Source: Candidatus Thermofontivivens primus (GTDB lineage: Bacteria > Sysuimicrobiota > Sysuimicrobiia > Sysuimicrobiales > Thermofontiviventaceae). Taken from it: a stretch of DNA of 64,000 nt. The translations under genes were made by a program, and so were the position numbers. The stretch lies in contig JAVKJW010000001.1 in the NCBI GenBank assembly GCA_031458695.1, positions 128,001 through 192,000 of the forward strand, read 5' to 3'. Shown here piece after piece: positions 58,187 through 64,000 of the stretch (positions are counted from its first letter, which is position 1; every line of letters starts with the position of its first letter). The notes beneath the pieces are model-generated. The model did not search any database, was not told the DNA's origin, and saw only the letters and a list, made by a program, of their open reading frames with translations.

Positions 58187-58532
58187 GGCACCTCCTGTAT
58201 GTTGCATCAGAAGTCGTGGCCCCTCCGAGGATTCCTGGACCGGCCCAGGCCGCAAGACTCAGATGGGGCGGCCCGCAAGGCCCTTTTCTTCCAATCTCGT
58301 TTTTTCTCGCAGTTGCAGACCACTCGCGCAGGGAGAGGAGGCCAACCTGCTATCGTCACAGATGACGTTTCGATAAAGAGTCGTGGACAGCATCTCCATG
58401 CGCGTTGTCATTGGCCGCACTTTCTTGAGTCCGGACGAAGCCCGTTGGAGCCAGGAATGCCCTTGACGGGGTATGGTAATATAAGGAAAGGTCAAAGCAG
58501 CCCAAGAAAAATACCGAGAAACGGGAGGCAGG

Positions 58533-60722
58533 ATGGCCCCCAAACGTTCTCTGATCATTGTGGAGTCTCCTACAAAGGCGCGGACGCTGAGGAAGATGCT
58601 GGACCGACGGTACACCATCATGGCGTCCATGGGCCATGTAAAGGACCTTCCCAAGAGTCAGCTCGGTGTCGATGTGGAGAACGGGTTCGCCCCCCGGTAC
58701 ATCCTTATCAAAGGGAAGGCCCCCATCATCAAGGAGCTTCGGAAGGAAGCGAAGAAGACTGAATCCATCTACCTTGCCACGGATCCTGACCGCGAGGGGG
58801 AGGCGATCTGCTGGCACCTCGCTGAGATCCTCCGTCCTGTCAACGGGAACATTCAGAGGATAACGTTCCATGAACTCACCAAGGATGCTGTGCTCCGTGC
58901 CCTCCAATCTCCCCGGGAGATCGACCAGAACCTCGTGAACGCTCAGCAAGCACGGCGCATCTTAGATAGGCTTGTGGGGTATAATCTGAGTCCCCTCCTA
59001 TGGAGAAAGGTGCGTGGGGGTCTCTCGGCAGGGAGGGTCCAGTCCGTGGCCGTCCGCCTCATCTGCGATCGAGAGAAGGAGATTGAGAACTTCGTCCCTC
59101 AGGAGTACTGGACGATCTCCGCCCTTCTCGCTCCCGCTCTCCCGTCCCCGGCATCCGGTTCCCCGCCCACGTTTGTCGCTCGCCTTATCCAGCGCGATGG
59201 GGAGCGCATCGGCTCACCGACAGAAGAGGACGTAACGGTGATCTCCCGGGAGGAAGAGGCTCGGGCGATCCTCGCCGAGCTGGAACATGTGCCTTTCACA
59301 GTAGCAGGGGTTCGCCGGAAGGACCAGCACCGCTACCCGGCGCCCCCGTTCACCACAAGCACCCTGCAACAGGAGGCCAACAGGCGTTTCGGTTTTACTG
59401 CGACACGGACGATGGCCATTGCCCAGCAGCTCTACGAAGGACTGGACGTAGGTCCTGAGGGAACCGTAGGCCTGATTACCTATATGCGAACCGATTCCGT
59501 CCGCATCGCTGAGGAAGCCCAGCGGGAGATCCGCCAGTTCATCGCCGAGAGGTTCGGCCCCGAATATGTTCCGCCCCAGCCACGGCAATATCGATCTCGC
59601 AAAGGGGCCCAAGAGGCTCACGAGGCCATCCGTCCCACCTCGGTACGCCGGACCCCGGAGCTCGTCAAGCCGTACCTGAAGCCGGATCAGTACAAGCTCT
59701 ATAAGCTCATCTGGGAGAGATGCGTCGCCAGCCAGATGAGCCCAGCAATCCTGGACACGCTCTCCGTTGACATCACTGCGGGCCGCTACCTGTTCCGGGC
59801 CACAGGGTCCAGGGTGAAGTTCGCCGGGTTTACCGTCCTCTATCGGGAGATCCCAGAAAACGGGGAAGAGGGGGCTCGCTCAACGGAAGAGGAGACGTGG
59901 CTACCAGAGCTCTCCGTCGGTGATCACCTTCTGGTGATCCAGTTCGAACCGATCCAGCACTTCACACAGCCGCCTCCCCGATACACAGAAGCTTCCCTGG
60001 TGCGTGCCCTGGAGGAACGAGGCATCGGCCGGCCGAGCACCTACGCCCCCATTATCGAGACCATCAAGCAACGGGGGTATGTCCGGGTCGATCAGCGCCG
60101 CCTTGTGCCGACGGAACTCGGTCGTCTTGTCAACGACTTGCTCGTAGAGCACTTCCCGGACATCGTGGACGTGGGATTCACCGCGGCTATGGAGGAACAG
60201 CTCGACCGCATCGAGGAGGGCCAAGCAGACTGGGTCGAGGTGGTCCGCTCGTTCTACGATCCCTTCTCCCGCGTCCTGCGCAACGCCGAGGAGAGGATCG
60301 AAAAGATGGAAATGCACGCCGAGGAGATCGGAGAACCCTGTCCTCAGTGTGGGAAGCCGCTGGTGCGCAAGCATGGCCGGTTCGGTACCTTCATCGCCTG
60401 TTCGGGTTACCCTGAGTGCACGTACACACGACCGACTGGGATCGGAGTGACCTGCCCCCTCTGCGGCGGGGAGATCGTGGAGCGCCGCTCCCGGAAAGGC
60501 CGTATCTTCTATGGATGTGCCAATTATCCCTCGTGCACCTTCAGCAGCTGGGACCGTCCTAGTGGGCGCCGTTGCCCGAAGTGCGGGAATCCCATGGTGT
60601 TCCGGAGGGTCCGTGGACAGAGAGAGGTAGAGAGCTGTACCAACAGAGCCTGCGGGTATACGGAGCAGCCCAGGAAGGTGGCTGAAGTCGCATCCGGGGA
60701 ACACGTCGCACCGACCCCTTGA
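58533..60722 (+). CDS. topA: DNA topoisomerase I
   Basis: IVESPTKA, DPDREGE, SAGRVQS, ITYMRTDS, C-terminal zinc ribbons. Confidence 0.97.
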   Translation: MAPKRSLIIVESPTKARTLRKMLDRRYTIMASMGHVKDLPKSQLGVDVENGFAPRYILIKGKAPIIKELRKEAKKTESIYLATDPDREGEAICWHLAEILRPVNGNIQRITFHELTKDAVLRALQSPREIDQNLVNAQQARRILDRLVGYNLSPLLWRKVRGGLSAGRVQSVAVRLICDREKEIENFVPQEYWTISALLAPALPSPASGSPPTFVARLIQRDGERIGSPTEEDVTVISREEEARAILAELEHVPFTVAGVRRKDQHRYPAPPFTTSTLQQEANRRFGFTATRTMAIAQQLYEGLDVGPEGTVGLITYMRTDSVRIAEEAQREIRQFIAERFGPEYVPPQPRQYRSRKGAQEAHEAIRPTSVRRTPELVKPYLKPDQYKLYKLIWERCVASQMSPAILDTLSVDITAGRYLFRATGSRVKFAGFTVLYREIPENGEEGARSTEEETWLPELSVGDHLLVIQFEPIQHFTQPPPRYTEASLVRALEERGIGRPSTYAPIIETIKQRGYVRVDQRRLVPTELGRLVNDLLVEHFPDIVDVGFTAAMEEQLDRIEEGQADWVEVVRSFYDPFSRVLRNAEERIEKMEMHAEEIGEPCPQCGKPLVRKHGRFGTFIACSGYPECTYTRPTGIGVTCPLCGGEIVERRSRKGRIFYGCANYPSCTFSSWDRPSGRRCPKCGNPMVFRRVRGQREVESCTNRACGYTEQPRKVAEVASGEHVAPTP

Positions 60723-60744
60723 TCCGAGTGGTGCTTAGTGAGGT

Positions 60745-61692
60745 ATGGTACAATGGGTTGGGAGAAGCTGCGATGGGGGTCCATTCCCCGTGGGAGGAGC
60801 GTCTATCCTCGAGGAATCCATTGTGAACTTCCTCCGCGCCCTCGAAGGAGAGCGGGCTAGTTCCCCGCACACGCTCGCCGCGTATGGTCGGGACCTTCGG
60901 CAGTTCGCCCGCTTCCTGTCCGCTGAGGGGATCGGTGAATGGGGAGCGGTGACCGTGGGTGTCATCAGACGCTTCCTCTCCCTGCCTTCGGTGCGTAAGT
61001 ACTCCCGGAGGACAGTTGCCCGGAAACTTTCTGCGTTACGGACCTTCTACCGCTACCTCTCCCGGGAGGGGATCGTCGAGGCCAACCCGTTCACCCTGGT
61101 CCGGGGTCCTCGACAAAGGCCACGGTTGCCTAGGGTCCTGAGCTTTGAGGAAGTGAGGGAATTGCTGGCGGCACCGTCCTCAAGGAGTCCCCTGGGCCTC
61201 AGGGACCGCGCGATTGTGGAGCTCCTTTACGCCTCAGGGCTTCGCGTGGGAGAGCTCGTGGGGCTGCGCCTCCAGGATCTCCGGGGGAGAGAGGTTCGGG
61301 TCCTGGGCAAGGGGGGGAAGGAGCGAGTGGCCTTTCTCACGCGGGTTGCGAGAGCGGCCCTTGAGGAGTACCTGAGACACGGCCGGCCCCACCTCCTCCG
61401 GGGAGGTCGGGATCCCGGGGTGATCTTCCTGAACGCCAGGGGGCAGCGGCTGAGCACGCGGGGTGTTCAAGTGATCCTTGCAAGGTTGGCCGGGGAGCTC
61501 TCCCACCGCATGCGCATGAGCCCCCACGTGCTCCGGCACACATTTGCTACGCACCTTCTCGACGGAGGAGCGGATCTCCGTGCCGTCCAGGAGCTCCTGG
61601 GGCACGCCAGCCTGGCGACGACGCAGATCTATACCCATCTCAGCCGGGAAAGATTGAAGCAGATCTACGACAGGGCCCATCCGAGAGCCTAG
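60745..61692 (+). CDS. xerC: Tyrosine recombinase XerC (CodV)
   Basis: SGLRVGEL, GKGGKER, HVLRHTFATH, LLGH, TTQIYTH; true start probably downstream of 60745. Confidence 0.92.
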   Translation: MVQWVGRSCDGGPFPVGGASILEESIVNFLRALEGERASSPHTLAAYGRDLRQFARFLSAEGIGEWGAVTVGVIRRFLSLPSVRKYSRRTVARKLSALRTFYRYLSREGIVEANPFTLVRGPRQRPRLPRVLSFEEVRELLAAPSSRSPLGLRDRAIVELLYASGLRVGELVGLRLQDLRGREVRVLGKGGKERVAFLTRVARAALEEYLRHGRPHLLRGGRDPGVIFLNARGQRLSTRGVQVILARLAGELSHRMRMSPHVLRHTFATHLLDGGADLRAVQELLGHASLATTQIYTHLSRERLKQIYDRAHPRA

Positions 61693-61722
61693 GGGCATGG
61701 AAAGGAGCAGAGGAGCAGGGAG

Positions 61723-62256
61723 ATGGCAAGCAAGTTTTGGGGGACAACCGTTATAGCCGTTCGGCGCGGCGGCCATGTGGCGATGGCTGGAGATGGGCAG
61801 GTAACCATGAACAATACCATCGTCAAGCACGGGGCCAGGAAGGTTTACCGCCTCGGTGAACATGCCATCGCCGGGTTCGCTGGGGGTGCCGCCGACGGCC
61901 TGACGTTGTTCGAGAAGTTCGAAGCGAAGCTCAAGGAGTTCAAAGGAAACCTCCCCCGCGCCGCCGTCGAGCTGGCGAAGGAGTGGCGCACAGACCGCCT
62001 CCTCCGCCGCTTGGAGGCCCTCCTCGTGGTGGCGGATCGCGAGCATCTCTTCATCATCTCTGGGAGCGGAGAGGTGGTGGAACCCGACGACGGCATCGCG
62101 GCCGTAGGCTCGGGAGGCCCCTACGCCCTTGCGGCTGCCCGCGCGCTCCTCGCTCATACAGATCTCTCCGCCGAGGAGATCGTGCGGGAGGCGATGCGCA
62201 TCGCTAGTTCCATCTGTGTATTCACCAACGATCAGATCGTGGTAGAAGTCCTGTGA
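61723..62256 (+). CDS. hslV: ATP-dependent protease peptidase subunit
   Basis: GTTV, AGDGQVT, GSGGPYA. Confidence 0.96.
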   Translation: MASKFWGTTVIAVRRGGHVAMAGDGQVTMNNTIVKHGARKVYRLGEHAIAGFAGGAADGLTLFEKFEAKLKEFKGNLPRAAVELAKEWRTDRLLRRLEALLVVADREHLFIISGSGEVVEPDDGIAAVGSGGPYALAAARALLAHTDLSAEEIVREAMRIASSICVFTNDQIVVEVL

Positions 62257-62337
62257 TCCCTCTAGCCTTGGTATGAGAGGGATCTCTACAAACCCGGAGG
62301 CTGGAAGGATCATCCGAGAATCTGAGGAAGGGGATCG

Positions 62338-63774
62338 ATGATGGGGTTTAGCATGGAAGAACTTACGCCGCAGCGCATTGTGGAAGAGCTGGACAAGTAC
62401 ATCATCGGCCAGCAGGAGGCGAAACGGGCGGTCGCGATTGCCCTGCGGAACCGGTACCGCCGGATGTTGCTGCCTGAAGACCTCCGTGAAGAGATCCTTC
62501 CCAAGAACATCCTTATGATCGGCCCAACAGGGGTTGGGAAGACCGAGATCGCCCGCCGTCTTGCCCGGCTTGTGAACGCGCCCTTCGTCAAGGTAGAAGC
62601 TACGAAGTTCACCGAAGTAGGGTATGTTGGTCGGGACGTGGATGCGATGATCCGAGATCTGACCGAGACTAGTGTCCAGATGGTCAAGGCGGAACGCATG
62701 GCCGCAGTACAAGAGAAAGCACAGGAGCTGGCCAAGGAGCGGCTCCTTGAGGTTCTCGTACCTTCCCCACGTCCCTCCATGGGATTCGCCAACCCGCTGG
62801 AGACCCTCTTTGGGGTGCGGACGACTTCCCCCCCTTCCGCCGAGAGTCTGCGCCAGGAGTCCGAGATCCTGCGCCGGCGAGCAGAGCTCAGGGAGCGCCT
62901 GGAGGCTGGGGAGCTAGACGAGGAGATGGTGGAGATCGAGGTGGAGGAGCAAACCTCCCCTATCATCGAAGTGATCACCGGACAGGGGGTCGAGGAGCTG
63001 GGGATCAACCTCCAGGATATGTTCGGAGGGCTTTTCCCGAAGCGGCGCAAGCGCCGCCGGGTGACTGTCCGTGAAGCCCTGCGCATCCTGACTATCGAGG
63101 AAGCGCAAAAGCTCATTGACATGGACGAGGTCATCCGGGAAGCGATCCGCCGAGCTGAGCAGCTGGGGATCGTCTTCATTGACGAGATCGACAAGATCGC
63201 CGGCAGAGAACAAGGGGCGGGGCCTGACGTCTCCCGTGAAGGGGTACAGAGGGATCTTCTTCCCATCATCGAGGGGTCGACGGTGATCACCAAATACGGT
63301 CCGGTGCGAACCGACCACATCTTGTTCATCGCCGCGGGGGCATTCCATTCCACGAAGCCTTCGGACCTCATCCCCGAGTTACAAGGGCGCCTCCCCATTC
63401 GGGTAGAGCTTCACCCCCTCACCGAGGAGGATTTCGTGCGCATCCTGGTGGAGCCCGAGAATGCCTTGACTAAGCAATATTCCGCCCTCTTGGCCACAGA
63501 AGGGGTAGAGGTGATCTTCACCGAAGACGGCATCCGGGAGATCGCGAGGATTGCTGCAGCGATCAACGAGCAGGGGGAGGATATCGGGGCAAGGCGGCTC
63601 CACACCGTCATGGAGAAGGTGATGGAAGAGATCTCGTTCAAGGCCCCTGATCTCTCTCGCACGGCTTCGTCTTTCAGGACTCAGCCCCACAGGGTGGTGA
63701 TCGATGCGGCGTACGTGCGGAGCCGATTGGAAGGAATCCTCCAGGATAGGGATCTGACCCGGTATATTCTCTGA
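62338..63774 (+). CDS. hslU: ATP-dependent protease ATPase subunit
   Basis: [23 protein letters not shown]. Confidence 0.97.
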   Translation: MMGFSMEELTPQRIVEELDKYIIGQQEAKRAVAIALRNRYRRMLLPEDLREEILPKNILMIGPTGVGKTEIARRLARLVNAPFVKVEATKFTEVGYVGRDVDAMIRDLTETSVQMVKAERMAAVQEKAQELAKERLLEVLVPSPRPSMGFANPLETLFGVRTTSPPSAESLRQESEILRRRAELRERLEAGELDEEMVEIEVEEQTSPIIEVITGQGVEELGINLQDMFGGLFPKRRKRRRVTVREALRILTIEEAQKLIDMDEVIREAIRRAEQLGIVFIDEIDKIAGREQGAGPDVSREGVQRDLLPIIEGSTVITKYGPVRTDHILFIAAGAFHSTKPSDLIPELQGRLPIRVELHPLTEEDFVRILVEPENALTKQYSALLATEGVEVIFTEDGIREIARIAAAINEQGEDIGARRLHTVMEKVMEEISFKAPDLSRTASSFRTQPHRVVIDAAYVRSRLEGILQDRDLTRYIL

Positions 63775-63847
63775 TGGGCGCGGGGGAGTGGAACATCCGC
63801 CATCAGTCCTGGGATGAGGGTGATAAAATCTGGGAGGGGTGAGGAAA

Positions 63848-64000
63848 ATGCAAGGAGTGCAGGAGAAACGGGAGAGGCCCCGCCTCCTCGACGTCTCTCC
63901 AGGGGGTGGTGTGAACCTCCGGACGATAGCAGAGACACTCGCCCAAGCGACATCCAGCGCCGTCCTCATCGTCTCTCCTACAGGCGAAATCCTCTCCCAA
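63848..64000 (+). CDS. codY: Probable CodY-like regulator, N-terminal GAF part (runs off the window)
   Basis: MQGVQEKRERPRLLDVSPGGGVNLRTIAETLAQATSSAVLIVSPTGEILS aligns by eye with CodY [29 protein letters not shown]; position after xerC-hslV-hslU. Confidence 0.55.
   Translation, partial: MQGVQEKRERPRLLDVSPGGGVNLRTIAETLAQATSSAVLIVSPTGEILSQ

Noticed and set aside
60745..61692. Prophage or ICE integrase
   Set aside because: Its size and the topA-xerC-hslVU context identify it as chromosomal XerC.
2263..63398. Many long antisense ORFs (e.g. 2263-3966, 13049-14350, 14719-16074, 29620-31407, 61234-62712)
   Set aside because: They lie opposite well-supported genes, have no motifs, and are expected in GC-rich DNA.

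Overview
A GC-rich bacterial chromosomal window, mostly core metabolism. It encodes a TolC (so probably a diderm) but also shows Bacillota-like traits: a codV-W-X-Y-type operon, NiaR/NiaX and sigmaH-like promoters. In order it holds: a long minus-strand run nuoB-D-I-C / def / lpdA / branched-chain 2-oxoacid dehydrogenase E1a-E1b-E2 / lipA; a split transketolase; a sufC-B-D-Rieske-S-U operon; adenosine deaminase, Lhr helicase and a degenerate MNT-HEPN fusion; a ROK-regulated sugar ABC / GH65-like / GH125-like cluster with nagA; an orphan MCP; MntR and a ZIP transporter; tenA-thiD; a c-di-GMP-I riboswitch controlling a small secreted repeat peptide and a membrane HD-GYP phosphodiesterase; VKOR; a METTL5-like methyltransferase and a DRG GTPase; a 14-aa Lys/Gly microprotein gene with its own promoter, RBS and terminator; tRNA-Asp; niaX/niaR; ftsH; a MarR-regulated TolC/MFP/MacB-type efflux operon; an IS remnant fused to a truncated ycaQ/alkZ; and topA-xerC-hslV-hslU-codY-like. 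Non-coding structure includes a dispersed double-hairpin REP-like repeat family (about 10 full or partial copies), three periodic inverted micro-arrays, four AGGA-N17-GAAT promoters and two sigma54-type promoters. The best candidates for undescribed systems are the riboswitch-peptide-HD-GYP module (40.4-42.4 kb) and the MATKKKGGKKGGKK microprotein beside the DRG/METTL5 pair (42.9-45.1 kb). All calls come from reading the sequence by eye; no database searches were run.
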